From an uncultured Candidatus Saccharibacteria bacterium (GTDB lineage Bacteria; Patescibacteriota; Minisyncoccia; Phycocordibacterales; UBA12088): a stretch of 64,000 nucleotides of DNA. Within the stretch, counting starts at the first letter, position 1; every line of letters begins with the position of its first letter. The notes below the pieces were generated by a model. The model had not been told where the DNA came from. It ran no database searches and saw nothing but the letters and a program-made list of their open reading frames with translations. A program made the translations under genes and the position numbers. Of the stretch, positions 46,997-57,276 are shown piece by piece. The stretch is taken from the NCBI GenBank assembly GCA_964411375.1, contig CAYPKR010000001.1, forward strand, positions 238,807 to 302,806, in the 5' to 3' direction.

Positions 46997-48151
46997 ATGA
47001 AATACACCCTTCGCATTGTTGCATGTTTTGCACTGATGTTTGGTTTCGGTTTATCCGCAAATGCCGCCACTATCTCAGCAGGAGAGCACTATACGCTCGC
47101 AAATGATCAGCATATTACCGGTAACGTATATGCTGCCGGAAAAGATGTCTCGATTCTTGGAAGTGTGCTTGGAGACACGGTTCTCGGTGGAAATAAAATT
47201 CTGGTTAACGGTGCAGTCGTTGGCGATGTACTTGCTGGTGGAAGCACGATTGATATTCTCTCGCCAATTTCTGGAGACGCGCGAGTCGCAGGCGGCACTA
47301 TAACAATTGGTAATACCATAAACGGCGACGTCGTAATTGTTGGTGGCACGGTGCATCTTCTTGCGGGTTCGGTAGTTCGAGGAGATGTGCTTATCGCTGG
47401 AGGAAATATCGCGCTTGATGGTGCTGTTGATGGCAATGTCAAAGTAGCCGGCGGTTCGATTTCACTCGAAGGTCCAGTTAAAGGGAATGTTGATGTGAAG
47501 GCAGGGCAAAGTCTCAAATTTGGAACAACAGGAACTATCGGCGGATATTTCCATTATCGCGCTCCAGAAGAACTCACGATTCGAGACGGCGCAGTTCGTG
47601 GAGAGGTGAAATATGACGCGCCTGCAGCTCCGAAGAAAGGTGCACCTGCAATTCTTGCCGTTATCCTCGGTGCATTCTTCCTCATGATGCTGGGCGGACT
47701 GGGTCTTTCAAGTATTATCGCCGTTCTCGCATTTCCTGCATGTACACACATCATTATGGAGCGAGGAGTTACTCGCTTTGGAAGCACCTTTCTTATTGGA
47801 TTTGCAGTGTTAGTTGCAACACCAGTTCTTGCGGTCGTCGCTATGGTGACCTTGGTTGGATTACTGCCAGGATCGATACTCCTCCTTGCCTACATCGCAC
47901 TCCTTATCGTTGCAAAAATATATGCGGGTATCTTAGTTGGTGCATTCCTTTCTAACTGGTGGAAGAAAGAAATTCGAACCAACTGGAAATGGGCGCTTCT
48001 CGGTACATTTGTTCTTGCACTAATCAGCGTGGTTCCAGTTCTTGGCGGACTAGCATCCTTCCTCTTCTTCACTGCCTCTCTCGGCGCACTCTCTGTAAAA
48101 GGATATTTGTGGTGGAAAACCAGGAATAGTCATCACGAATCGTCTATATAA
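46997..48151 (+). CDS. Signal peptide plus bactofilin-like (polymer-forming beta-helix) repeat domain fused to a C-terminal polytopic membrane domain
   Basis: 384 aa; repeated G-x-V-x-GDV / GG-x-I motifs over ~150 aa, then ~5 TM segments. Confidence 0.5.
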   Translation: MKYTLRIVACFALMFGFGLSANAATISAGEHYTLANDQHITGNVYAAGKDVSILGSVLGDTVLGGNKILVNGAVVGDVLAGGSTIDILSPISGDARVAGGTITIGNTINGDVVIVGGTVHLLAGSVVRGDVLIAGGNIALDGAVDGNVKVAGGSISLEGPVKGNVDVKAGQSLKFGTTGTIGGYFHYRAPEELTIRDGAVRGEVKYDAPAAPKKGAPAILAVILGAFFLMMLGGLGLSSIIAVLAFPACTHIIMERGVTRFGSTFLIGFAVLVATPVLAVVAMVTLVGLLPGSILLLAYIALLIVAKIYAGILVGAFLSNWWKKEIRTNWKWALLGTFVLALISVVPVLGGLASFLFFTASLGALSVKGYLWWKTRNSHHESSI

Positions 48152-48165
48152 GAAATCCTAGAGGT

Positions 48166-48212
48166 CAAAAACATAATTGCCGCCAAAAAATTGGCGGCAA
48201 TTATGTTTTTGA
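48166..48212 (+). terminator. Intrinsic terminator: 19-bp stem caaaaacataattgccgcc/ggcggcaattatgtttttg
   Basis: Perfect inverted repeat just after the stop at 48151, T-rich 3' side. Confidence 0.6.
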
Positions 48213-48439
48213 TTTGTATTGTTGAAAACCCAAATTAAAACCAGCTCCACGAAAATCGTGAAGCCAGTGAATAGGGTGGTCCGAAGACCAAAAAAATGAA
48301 CAAGAGAAATAGATGAGGGAATGGTGATTCAAGGAAGCGAATCGACTTATGATTGAAAGGAATAATCCAGACAATCAGTGGGTCGAATTAGATTCCAAAG
48401 AATCAAAAAACCATCACTAATCTCAAAGAACTTCCTACA

Positions 48440-49144
48440 GTGTATTCCTGTGCTACAATCCTGTCAAGTAAATTCAATACAATTGTGGATAGTGAAAGAG
48501 CGCGCAAAATAAGGATAAAATCACTCATCAAAAAATTGAAATCGCTTTTTCAGAGTGGCGGAACAATTTTGGAGTACCAAACACCATTTGAATTATTGGT
48601 GGCAGTTGAACTTTCTGCACAGTCGACTGACAAGCTCGTCAATATCGTTACGAAGACATTATTCAAAAAATATCCAACACTTGATCATTATGTTCGTGCA
48701 AAACCACGCGAATTTGAAAAAGATATTTTCAAAACTGGCTATTATCGAAATAAAACAAAAAATATTTTAGCGGCGGCAAAAGTGGTCAAAGGTAAGTTCG
48801 GAGGAGTCCTCCCTCGAACGATTGAGGAGATGATCACGATTCCGGGTGTTGGGCGAAAAACTGCAAATGTTGTGCTTGGAAATCTCTATGGCATTGCAGA
48901 AGGAATCGCAGTCGATACTCATGTTTGGCGGTTTGCGGTTAGATTCGATTTAACCGATCACCCTAAAAATGTCCACAAAATTGAACAGGATTTGATGCGT
49001 ATTATTCCGCAAAAAGATTGGTTCCTCTTCACCCATCTTGCGATTGAATATGGCAGAAAAATAGCACCAGCACGAAAGTATGATGTTTCGAACGATCCTC
49101 TTATAAAAATATATCCGCCCGCGGGGCAGCGGTTTAAAAAATAA
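48440..49144 (+). CDS. nth: Endonuclease III-like HhH-GPD DNA glycosylase lacking the C-terminal 4Fe-4S Cys cluster
   Basis: 234 aa; HhH-GPD ITIPGVGRKTANVVL and catalytic-region D; no C-x6-C-x2-C-x5-C at the C-terminus. Confidence 0.65.
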   Translation: MYSCATILSSKFNTIVDSERARKIRIKSLIKKLKSLFQSGGTILEYQTPFELLVAVELSAQSTDKLVNIVTKTLFKKYPTLDHYVRAKPREFEKDIFKTGYYRNKTKNILAAAKVVKGKFGGVLPRTIEEMITIPGVGRKTANVVLGNLYGIAEGIAVDTHVWRFAVRFDLTDHPKNVHKIEQDLMRIIPQKDWFLFTHLAIEYGRKIAPARKYDVSNDPLIKIYPPAGQRFKK

Positions 49145-49288
49145 CTGGAGGGAGTACACTAGTGGTATGAAGCATTTCGGAAATCCGGCAAAACGAAAAG
49201 GGCTGGCAGGATATCGTACGCCGTCTCGTTTTATTCACCGAAAACCGATTGATGTTGCGCTTACGAAAGTAAAATCTCACGGAACGAT

Positions 49289-49981
49289 ATGGAGAAAAAA
49301 CGAAAAGTAGCCATCTTTGATATTGACGGAACAATTTTTCGCTCGTCGCTCATTATTGAGCTTGTTGATGTACTCGTCGAAGAAGAACTTTTCCCAGTTT
49401 CCGCACGAAATGAGTATGAGCGTGAATACCGTAAGTGGCACGAACGAAAAGGGCATTATGACGAGTATATAAACGCACTTGTCGAAACTTTCATGGAGCA
49501 TGTGAAAGGCGTTCACTTCAAAGATATGGAACGTGCCGCAAAACTCACCATCGCACGTGAAAAAGATCGCGTCTATCGCTATACGCGCGATTTGGTCAGC
49601 GAGCTCAAAGAAAAGGATTATTATCTACTCGCTATTTCTCAATCTCCCAAACTGATTGTCGAAGGATTCGCCAAACATCTTGGCTTCGACAAAGTGTACG
49701 GTCGTATTTATGAAGTCGGTCCCAATGAACGATTTACGGGAGAAATTGAAAATCTTCACTTAATTGCAAACAAAGCAAATATTGTGAAGCGTGCGGTTGA
49801 AAAGGAAAATCTAACGCTCGAAGCTTCTGTTGGTGTTGGAGACACTGACGGCGACATTCCTTTTTTGGAAATGGTAGAAAAACCAATTTGCTTTAATCCA
49901 AATGCGCTGCTCTACAAGCACGCGAAGCGAAATGGTTGGAAAGTGGTAGTTGAACGAAAAGACGTCGTGTACGAATTGTGA
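49289..49981 (+). CDS. HAD-IB family hydrolase (phosphoserine-phosphatase-like)
   Basis: 230 aa; motif I FDIDGT, motif IV GDTDGD. Confidence 0.7.
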   Translation: MEKKRKVAIFDIDGTIFRSSLIIELVDVLVEEELFPVSARNEYEREYRKWHERKGHYDEYINALVETFMEHVKGVHFKDMERAAKLTIAREKDRVYRYTRDLVSELKEKDYYLLAISQSPKLIVEGFAKHLGFDKVYGRIYEVGPNERFTGEIENLHLIANKANIVKRAVEKENLTLEASVGVGDTDGDIPFLEMVEKPICFNPNALLYKHAKRNGWKVVVERKDVVYEL

Positions 49982-49991
49982 TACCAAGACG

Positions 49992-50717
49992 ATGAAATAT
50001 TTCTTCATATGCATACTTCTATTTGTAATTCTCTACGTACTGTATGTAGCTTCAAAAATATTTTGGAGCGGTACGGGAGAGCTTATTCGTCTCGCACATC
50101 CATTTGAACGAAAAGTGGAACATGGTTCGCCGCGTATTTTGGTAATTGGAGACTCGACCGGTGTTGGAGTAGGAAGCGACGTGCCTGAACATTCGATTGC
50201 AGGGAGGCTCGGCGTGGATTTTCCAGATGCATACATTGAAAATCATGCGGTTTCTGGAGCCGTCGTGCACGACGCGCTCAGGCAGTTTGATGGTGTTTCC
50301 GAAAATTCATTCGACATCGTACTGCTTCAAATTGGTGCAAATGATGTTACACACTTTACTAATATCGATCGGCTCCGCTTTGAATTGAAAGAGCTCTACG
50401 TACAAGCGAAGAAATCGGGGAAGGCAGTTTTCCATATGTCATCGGGAAGTGTGGGTTTCGCACCAGCATTCCCACATCCTTTTGGCGCTATTTTTACGAA
50501 CCGCACGCTGTTGGTTCGAGAAATGTTTTTGGACGAATCTCTGAAAGACGGCATTCACTATATCGATCTCTATCGACCACGAGAAACAGATATTTTCCTC
50601 ACTGATCCAAAAAGGTATTTTGCAACTGACTCATTCCATCCGAGTGCGGACGGTTACGCCGTTTGGTACGTCGAGGTTCGAAAGGCGCTCCTTGCAGAGG
50701 GATTGCTCTCCAAGTAA
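49992..50717 (+). CDS. SGNH/GDSL-family hydrolase with N-terminal TM anchor; ORF opens at 49950, start taken after the HAD stop
   Basis: GDS block VIGDSTGVG, Gly block, C-terminal DSFHPSADGY (DxxH). Confidence 0.65.
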   Translation: MKYFFICILLFVILYVLYVASKIFWSGTGELIRLAHPFERKVEHGSPRILVIGDSTGVGVGSDVPEHSIAGRLGVDFPDAYIENHAVSGAVVHDALRQFDGVSENSFDIVLLQIGANDVTHFTNIDRLRFELKELYVQAKKSGKAVFHMSSGSVGFAPAFPHPFGAIFTNRTLLVREMFLDESLKDGIHYIDLYRPRETDIFLTDPKRYFATDSFHPSADGYAVWYVEVRKALLAEGLLSK

Positions 50718-50726
50718 TCTGCTGTA

Positions 50727-51533
50727 GTGAGTTTGGAAACTAAGAAGTTTAAAGTTGTGGTCAAAAAATACTATCGAGAAAATCGGCGTAGTTTTCCATG
50801 GAGAAAAACGACTAATCCATACAAAATTCTTGTCTCTGAAGTGATGCTTCAGCAAACACAGACTGACCGCGTAGTTCCCAAATTCAACGCCTTTATCAAA
50901 GCATTTCCAACTGTAGAAGCACTCGCAAACGCGCCGCTTCGAGAAGTGTTAGTTCTTTGGCAAGGACTTGGGTACAATCGCCGCGCAAAACATCTCCACG
51001 TAGCGGCGAAGCAGATTGTTGAAAAGTTTGGAGGAAAGGTTCCGAAGGAAGAATCAGGTCTCCGGACGCTTTCGGGAGTCGGTCCCTATATTGCAGGCGC
51101 AGTTCGCGCTTTCGCATTTAACAAACCAGCAGTTTTTATTGAAACAAATATTCGGACAAGTCTCACGCATTATTTTTTCCCGAATACAGAAAAAGTATCA
51201 GACGCTGAATTATTTCCACTTCTTGAAAAATTGATTGTCGGTGAGGCACCGCGCGAATGGTATTCGGCGCTCATGGATTATGGCTCCAGTCTGAAACGTT
51301 CGGGAATTCGAATAAACCATCGAAGTCATTCATATACGAAGCAATCACGTTTCGAGGGGTCGGATAGACAGATTCGTGGAAAAATATTGAAATTGCTCAA
51401 AGAAAATCCTCTTGAAGAAAAAAAGTTACTGAAGAGCGCGAGCGAAGATCTCATTCGTGCAAAAGTACAACTTACAAATCTAATTGCGGAAGGGCTTGTG
51501 TCAAAAAAGAAGGATACGATCCGACTCGGCTAA
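50727..51533 (+). CDS. MutY-like adenine DNA glycosylase N-terminal (HhH-GPD) domain protein without Fe-S cluster and without a MutT-like C-domain
   Basis: 268 aa; YRENRRSFPWRKTTNPYKILVSEVMLQQTQ, GLGYNRRAKHL, LSGVGPYIAGAV all MutY-like; no Cys cluster. Confidence 0.6.
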   Translation: MSLETKKFKVVVKKYYRENRRSFPWRKTTNPYKILVSEVMLQQTQTDRVVPKFNAFIKAFPTVEALANAPLREVLVLWQGLGYNRRAKHLHVAAKQIVEKFGGKVPKEESGLRTLSGVGPYIAGAVRAFAFNKPAVFIETNIRTSLTHYFFPNTEKVSDAELFPLLEKLIVGEAPREWYSALMDYGSSLKRSGIRINHRSHSYTKQSRFEGSDRQIRGKILKLLKENPLEEKKLLKSASEDLIRAKVQLTNLIAEGLVSKKKDTIRLG

Positions 51534-52720
51534 TTTTCTGTTTCGCTAAATGCAATTGCAGACCCGAGGTAGAGAAGTAGAGAGAGTCCGATAAAATATC
51601 CGCTGTATCCAACGGCGGGAATAAGTATCGCACCAGCAAGTGGTGCAAACATATATCCAATTGGGCGAAGCATTCTAAAGAAGCTAATAAGATCAGCGTC
51701 AGCGCCTCCGACTCGTTTAAAAAATGCACTTTCAGACACCACTTCGATCATTCCCGCACCGCTGTGGGCGATAAAGAGAACGAGACCAAAAAGGGCGATG
51801 CTACTTGTCGAGATAGCTCCAAGGACGGCAGTACCTGAAGCCAAAATCAGAAGTCCAACGCCGAAGAGAATGCGCTCTGAGGATTTTTGAGCAAGTTCCC
51901 CGATTGGAAATTCAAAAAGAACCAGTGGAACGAGCATCATCGAAAGAATGATGCCGACTTCACCCCACGAAAATCCCATCTGCAGAAGATACAGGGGAAT
52001 ATAGACAACAGTCGCTGAAAAAAAGATGCGGAGTAAGAAATGAAATAGAAAAATGCTTCGCATACGCGGCACTTCGCCGATACGGGAGAATGCACGACGG
52101 ATTGAAATTTTTGGATACACCGGATCCGTAAATCGTCGGAAGCGGAGAATGATTGTAAATACAAATGGCACAAGTGCGAGGGAGCCAAGTGCGTAGGCGC
52201 TGAAATATCCGATATTTTCGACCAAAATTCCACCAAGAATGGGACAAAAAAAGAGCGCCCCATTCGCAATGGTGAGAACTGCACCACGGACAATGCTCGT
52301 TTCTCCTTCGCCTTGCATTGAGACTTCGATGAAAATATCGAGACAATACAGAAGGAGAATGGTCACCACCCAATACCCGATGAAAAATGTGCCAGCCATA
52401 TACACATTTACCGAGGATGCGAAGGAGAGGACGGTAAAAATTTCAATTGTTGTAAGAATTACGGTGAATGAAAATACGCCGATAGCACGGAGGATTCGAG
52501 GTGCAAAGGTAAGGGCAACCATAGAAATGATCGCGCCAAGAAGATAAAAAATGCCGACTACTTCGGTAGTGGCAAACCTCGAGAGAAAGCTCGAGTTGAT
52601 ATAAATGACTGAAAAAATGTGGAGCGCCAAGAAGAATGTCGCAAAGAAAAGAGAACCAAGCGGTCCGTTCAAACGAAATCGGAGAAGATCCATATAAATA
52701 ATCGTAGCACGAACAGTCAT
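51530..52720 (-). CDS. MFS transporter
   Basis: 396 aa, ~12 TM. Confidence 0.65.
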   Translation of the reverse strand: MTVRATIIYMDLLRFRLNGPLGSLFFATFFLALHIFSVIYINSSFLSRFATTEVVGIFYLLGAIISMVALTFAPRILRAIGVFSFTVILTTIEIFTVLSFASSVNVYMAGTFFIGYWVVTILLLYCLDIFIEVSMQGEGETSIVRGAVLTIANGALFFCPILGGILVENIGYFSAYALGSLALVPFVFTIILRFRRFTDPVYPKISIRRAFSRIGEVPRMRSIFLFHFLLRIFFSATVVYIPLYLLQMGFSWGEVGIILSMMLVPLVLFEFPIGELAQKSSERILFGVGLLILASGTAVLGAISTSSIALFGLVLFIAHSGAGMIEVVSESAFFKRVGGADADLISFFRMLRPIGYMFAPLAGAILIPAVGYSGYFIGLSLLLYLGSAIAFSETEN

Positions 52721-52782
52721 TCTAAAAAGAAAACCGCCCGCAAGACTTGCGAAGCGGTTCCTTCACGAAAACTTGCGGGCGA

Positions 52783-53076
52783 TCAGACAGGGTGATGAGA
52801 TGGGGCGTCGTCGCTTCCTGGGATGAAGCCGGTACCTAATATCTCAGCACATCGTTCGGCAAAAGCCTGAGCTTCTTCGAAGTGAGGGTATCCCAGACGC
52901 ACCACAATCACGTCTTCTCTTTCCATTACTTCAAAACGAGGACCTTGCCAGTGTATACGAGCTCCTCTCAACACATGCACCGTATATCCTTGATCTCGTG
53001 AGCAGTGAAGGGTAAATCCTTCCGATGCGGAATCAATGACAATACCGGTAGGCATACTGACCTCCTTTGTTGACAC
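52783..53076 (-). CDS. Hypothetical protein
   Basis: 97 aa ORF. Confidence 0.3.
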   Translation of the reverse strand: MSTKEVSMPTGIVIDSASEGFTLHCSRDQGYTVHVLRGARIHWQGPRFEVMEREDVIVVRLGYPHFEEAQAFAERCAEILGTGFIPGSDDAPSHHPV

Positions 53077-53115
53077 TCGTTTGGTTATACCGAGATTTTA
53101 TCGCTTAATCAAGCG

Positions 53116-55149
53116 CTACACTCCAAGTACCACCGGAATCACAATTGGATGTTTATTGGTCTTTTGGAAGAGGAATGAGCCAACTGAGTCGGTCAAATTC
53201 TTCTTCACGTAGTCGAAGTTGATTGGATTCATTCCTTCAGTCACATCTTCAACCGCTTTCTTTGCGAGGAGGCGAGTCTGTTGAAGCAAATCTTGTGATT
53301 CACGAAGATAAATGAAGCCGCGGGAAATTATATCTGGCGATTTCTTGAGTTTCCCAGTCTTGAGATTCACCATTGCGATGATGACGAACATTCCGTCTTC
53401 AGCGAGTACTTGGCGATCTCGGATCACCACCTCTTGCATGTCACCGACTGAGAAACCATCCACCATGCGGATATTTGATGGCGCTTTTTCCTTAAGGACG
53501 ACAATCTTCGCTCCTTCATCCTGAATTTCAATCACACTGCCGTTATCTGGCACGATGATATTTTCTTTTGGCGTTCCCATTTGGAAGGCGAGATCTGCGT
53601 GGAGTTTGAGTCGATAATGATTGCCGTGAACGGGTACGAAAAACTTCGGCTTGATTTTTTTATGGAGCCATTCGATTTCACCGCGATTTCCGTGTCCGGT
53701 TGAGTGAATATAGACTTCGCTCGTTCGGTAGTGGACGATGCGCGCGCCTTGGCGAGCAAGATTGTCTTTGAGTTTTTCAACCGATTTTTCATTTCCTGGA
53801 ATGATTGAAGAAGAGAGAAGCACGGTGTCGCCTTCTTTTATTGCGAGCATCTTATGCTGCTTGTTTGCCATGCGCATGAGCGCCGCAAACTCTTCACCTT
53901 GAGCACCGGTTGCAAGCACCACGACTTTATCCGGCGGATAATTATCAACTTCGCTTGAGGAAATGATCGTGCCGCGCTTCGGCTTGAATATGCCGGCAAG
54001 TTCTGCAATCTCGATATTTGTTTTCATCGAACGGCCTTCGAGCGCAAGCTTCTTGTCGTATTTCTCAATAATTTTGATGATACCGATTATGCGCTCGAGT
54101 TGGGATGCAAAAGTGCCGATGATGAGGCGACCTTTGATATCGCGAATGATTTTGTCGAGATTTTCATTGACCATCCATTCCGGCGTTGAAAAACCTGGAT
54201 TTTCAATGTTGGTCGAATCACACATCATGAGAAGTACATTCTCATCTTTGAATTTTGCGTATTCTTTTTCTTCTGCTTCTGCAGGAACGCCGTCAGTGTG
54301 ATTGAGTTTATAGTCGCCTGGAGTCACGACAGCGCCGTAGGGAGTATCAACAATGACACCCATCGAATCAGGAACCGTGTGGGTAACGGAGAAGAATCGG
54401 AGTTTGAGTCCACCTAAAGTGATACGTTCATTTTTTTCGACAACGCGAAGGTCAAGCGGGGTGAGGTGAGGAAATTCTGCCTGACGCTTTTTGACCATGA
54501 TCGCGGTCAGGTTTCTTGTATAAATCGGTGGATTACCGATTAAATCCATGATGTAGGGAATACCGCCGATGTGATCGAGGTGCGCGTGCGTAATAACCAT
54601 CGCGCGAATTTTTTCCTTATTGTCCTCGAGGTACTTGGTGTTTGGCAAAATGTAATCGATGCCAGGCGTTTCGTCTTCCTTGAATTGGAAACCGCAGTCG
54701 ATAACGACAATGTCATCTTTGTACTGGACTGCCGTCATGTTGCGTCCGATTTCTTCAACGCCACCAAGTGGAATGATTCGAACTGAATCTCCGATTGGCG
54801 GAATTGGTGCACCGGTATCTTCTCGCGTATTCACATAGGTATGTGAAGTTTGCTCCATTCGATGTGGTGGGCGATGTGATCTGCCGCCACGGGGTGATCC
54901 GCCGCGATAGCCGCCAGAATTTCTTCCGTGAGAATTCCCGCGCGAATCGTTTCTCGGTCCGTTATTTCGATTGAACGGTCTCGAACTTCGTGGAGGACGA
55001 TTACTTGGTGAAGAAATGGAAGGTGTGCCGTGATCTCTTGTGGCAGGTGAAACGCCGTCGCCACTTTGTGGGCGCGGAGTGTCATTTCTGCGGAAGCTGC
55101 GGATAGAGCGACGTGGGCCGCTACCAGCTCTGTGTTGTCTTTCCATCAT
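53116..55149 (-). CDS. rnj: Ribonuclease J (MBL/beta-CASP) with ~110-aa Arg/Gly/Ser-rich N-terminal extension
   Basis: 677 aa; HAHLDH motif, beta-CASP and C-terminal domain; disordered RG-rich N-terminal tail. Confidence 0.85.
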   Translation of the reverse strand: MMERQHRAGSGPRRSIRSFRRNDTPRPQSGDGVSPATRDHGTPSISSPSNRPPRSSRPFNRNNGPRNDSRGNSHGRNSGGYRGGSPRGGRSHRPPHRMEQTSHTYVNTREDTGAPIPPIGDSVRIIPLGGVEEIGRNMTAVQYKDDIVVIDCGFQFKEDETPGIDYILPNTKYLEDNKEKIRAMVITHAHLDHIGGIPYIMDLIGNPPIYTRNLTAIMVKKRQAEFPHLTPLDLRVVEKNERITLGGLKLRFFSVTHTVPDSMGVIVDTPYGAVVTPGDYKLNHTDGVPAEAEEKEYAKFKDENVLLMMCDSTNIENPGFSTPEWMVNENLDKIIRDIKGRLIIGTFASQLERIIGIIKIIEKYDKKLALEGRSMKTNIEIAELAGIFKPKRGTIISSSEVDNYPPDKVVVLATGAQGEEFAALMRMANKQHKMLAIKEGDTVLLSSSIIPGNEKSVEKLKDNLARQGARIVHYRTSEVYIHSTGHGNRGEIEWLHKKIKPKFFVPVHGNHYRLKLHADLAFQMGTPKENIIVPDNGSVIEIQDEGAKIVVLKEKAPSNIRMVDGFSVGDMQEVVIRDRQVLAEDGMFVIIAMVNLKTGKLKKSPDIISRGFIYLRESQDLLQQTRLLAKKAVEDVTEGMNPINFDYVKKNLTDSVGSFLFQKTNKHPIVIPVVLGV

Positions 55150-55215
55150 GATATTAATTATCGTCTCTCACATTTTTTCGAGAGCCGCGTTTACATTAGT
55201 AATTGTAGATACGAT

Positions 55216-56988
55216 TTAAAACGGCAAATATTTGCGAAGGTTGATTTTTTCGAAAATCGGCCATACCCATTCCGTCTCGATATACCATTCACGAATATTG
55301 TTGAAGCGGTCACTTGGCGTCGTTACTGTTCCACCACTTCGGCCCTTCAAGGACTTTGGAATCAGATAAATATATTCCGGAGCGTATACCAGAATCGCAG
55401 GATGTTCTTCTCTGAAGAGTGCGTCGAATTGCAGATAGGAATCGGTGCGGTCACTCTCATTTTCCGCTCGTCTTGCTGCTTCAAGCAGTTTGTCTGCGGT
55501 GATGTTTGCGTAGAGCGCAATATTGAGTCCCGGATCAATGCGTTGACTTGAGTGCCAGAACGCGAAGAGATCGTATTCTCGTCCTACGACTTCGCCAAAG
55601 AAGAGCGCTTCGTAATCTCTCGGACGAATGATGTTTTGACTCAAATCGCCCGGTTCGAATACTTTGACGGTAGCATCTATTCCAAGATCTGTAAAATCTT
55701 GCACCAAATATTCTGCCGCTGTCTTAAGCTCAGGAGTATTTGGTGCGGCGACAGCAAATTTCATCTGCACCGCCTTTGCTCCCTTGCCCTTCATAAGCAT
55801 CTTCGTAGTCGTCGAATACGTCCATCCACTCTTTGCAAGAAGTGCAAGTGCTGCTTCTTTGTCACCGTGCGGGTTTTCTGGAAGGGTAATTCCCGAAAGC
55901 GTACCAGGGGGAAATGGGCTTTCAATTGGTGCGCCGTATCCATGAAGAACGGTATCGACGATTTTTTGTTTATCAGCGGCAATATCGAGTGCGGCACGAA
56001 CATTTGTGTCAGCAAATACTGGATTCTGATTTTGATTTAAGAAAAGTCCGAATACGCGCGGGAGAGGACTCCGTGTCGTGACGCCGCCGACCCTTGTGAC
56101 TGCAGGCAAATTGTCTGGAGAGAGTCCACCGATTGCGTCAGTGTCGCCAATGTCGTACGCATGAATCTGCGCAGCTTCATCTTCATAGAAATGAAATACA
56201 ATTGAACCGATATACGGCACACCACCGACTGCATTTCGGAATGGGCGAAGTGTGTATTCGGTTGGGATACCCGAACTATTTCGGACTACTCCCGCAACTT
56301 TGTATGGACCGGAGCCAACTGGCTCGACATTGAGCTCACTAAATGGAAATTCGGTAGGCGTTACTGCTTTCCATAAGTGCGATGGCAAAATTCCCATCGT
56401 GAGATTTTCGAGAAACGGCGCGTACGGTTGTTTCAAAGTAAATGTGACGCTTTGGTCGTTATCCTTGGTAACTTCAACACCATCCCAATTGGCGCGCCGC
56501 GGACTTTTAAGACTTGGATCTTCTGCAAGCGATATCGTATAAACAACGTCGTCTGCGGTTACCGGAGTGCCGTCTTGGAAAGTAGCGTCGTTTTTGATCT
56601 CTACGACATAGGTGAGTCCATCGGGTGATACCTTGTACGATTCTGCAAGATCGGGAACAAGATTGCCCGTGTCATCCACACGAAATAAACCAGAATAAAT
56701 AAGTGCAGAAAGATCGCGATCAGCATCCGAGATTGCCAGAAGTGGATTGATAAAACGAGGAGTGCCGATGATGCCTTCAGTCAGAGTACCGCCACTTGCG
56801 GGGATCTCAACCATGACGGCACGATTTGCGCGGGCAAGAAGGGTGAGTGAGCTTAGGAAAAAAACGACGAACAAGAGAGCGAATATAACGCGCTCGGCGG
56901 GAGATAGGGAAGTAAATATATTTTTGACAGGATCTTCTTTGAGGAGTCGATACTCGCTCGAAGTAGCCTTATGCCAGAGAGAATTCAT
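55216..56988 (-). CDS. ABC-transporter substrate-binding protein, family 5 (peptide/nickel type), membrane-anchored, with no adjacent permease genes
   Basis: 590 aa; N-terminal TM anchor; SBP_bac_5 architecture. Confidence 0.7.
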   Translation of the reverse strand: MNSLWHKATSSEYRLLKEDPVKNIFTSLSPAERVIFALLFVVFFLSSLTLLARANRAVMVEIPASGGTLTEGIIGTPRFINPLLAISDADRDLSALIYSGLFRVDDTGNLVPDLAESYKVSPDGLTYVVEIKNDATFQDGTPVTADDVVYTISLAEDPSLKSPRRANWDGVEVTKDNDQSVTFTLKQPYAPFLENLTMGILPSHLWKAVTPTEFPFSELNVEPVGSGPYKVAGVVRNSSGIPTEYTLRPFRNAVGGVPYIGSIVFHFYEDEAAQIHAYDIGDTDAIGGLSPDNLPAVTRVGGVTTRSPLPRVFGLFLNQNQNPVFADTNVRAALDIAADKQKIVDTVLHGYGAPIESPFPPGTLSGITLPENPHGDKEAALALLAKSGWTYSTTTKMLMKGKGAKAVQMKFAVAAPNTPELKTAAEYLVQDFTDLGIDATVKVFEPGDLSQNIIRPRDYEALFFGEVVGREYDLFAFWHSSQRIDPGLNIALYANITADKLLEAARRAENESDRTDSYLQFDALFREEHPAILVYAPEYIYLIPKSLKGRSGGTVTTPSDRFNNIREWYIETEWVWPIFEKINLRKYLPF

Positions 56989-57043
56989 GACGAACTACAT
57001 TGGTGAGGGTCAAAAAAGACGAACGCGGATTATCCGCGGAATA

Positions 57044-57276
57044 TTATCCAAGAATGAGTGCAAGGAATGCAGAGGCGACAAACAAAACCGCAAGCACTAT
57101 TGATGCCTGAAAGAGGTTTTTTTCGAGTCCGCGGCGAGTGTGAAAAGCCGCGCTGAAGTTGTCACCACCAAATGCTCCTCCGAGACTCGATCCGCGCTGC
57201 TGCAGCAGGATCGATGCGACGAGGAGAATGGAGATTACGATCTGTACGTAGGGCAGTGCGCCCTTCAGAAATTCCA
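57044..57276 (-). CDS. secG: Preprotein translocase subunit SecG (77 aa; the longer ORF to 57496 is spurious)
   Basis: MEFLKGALPYVQIVISILLVASILLQQRGSSLGGAFGG matches the SecG consensus. Confidence 0.75.
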
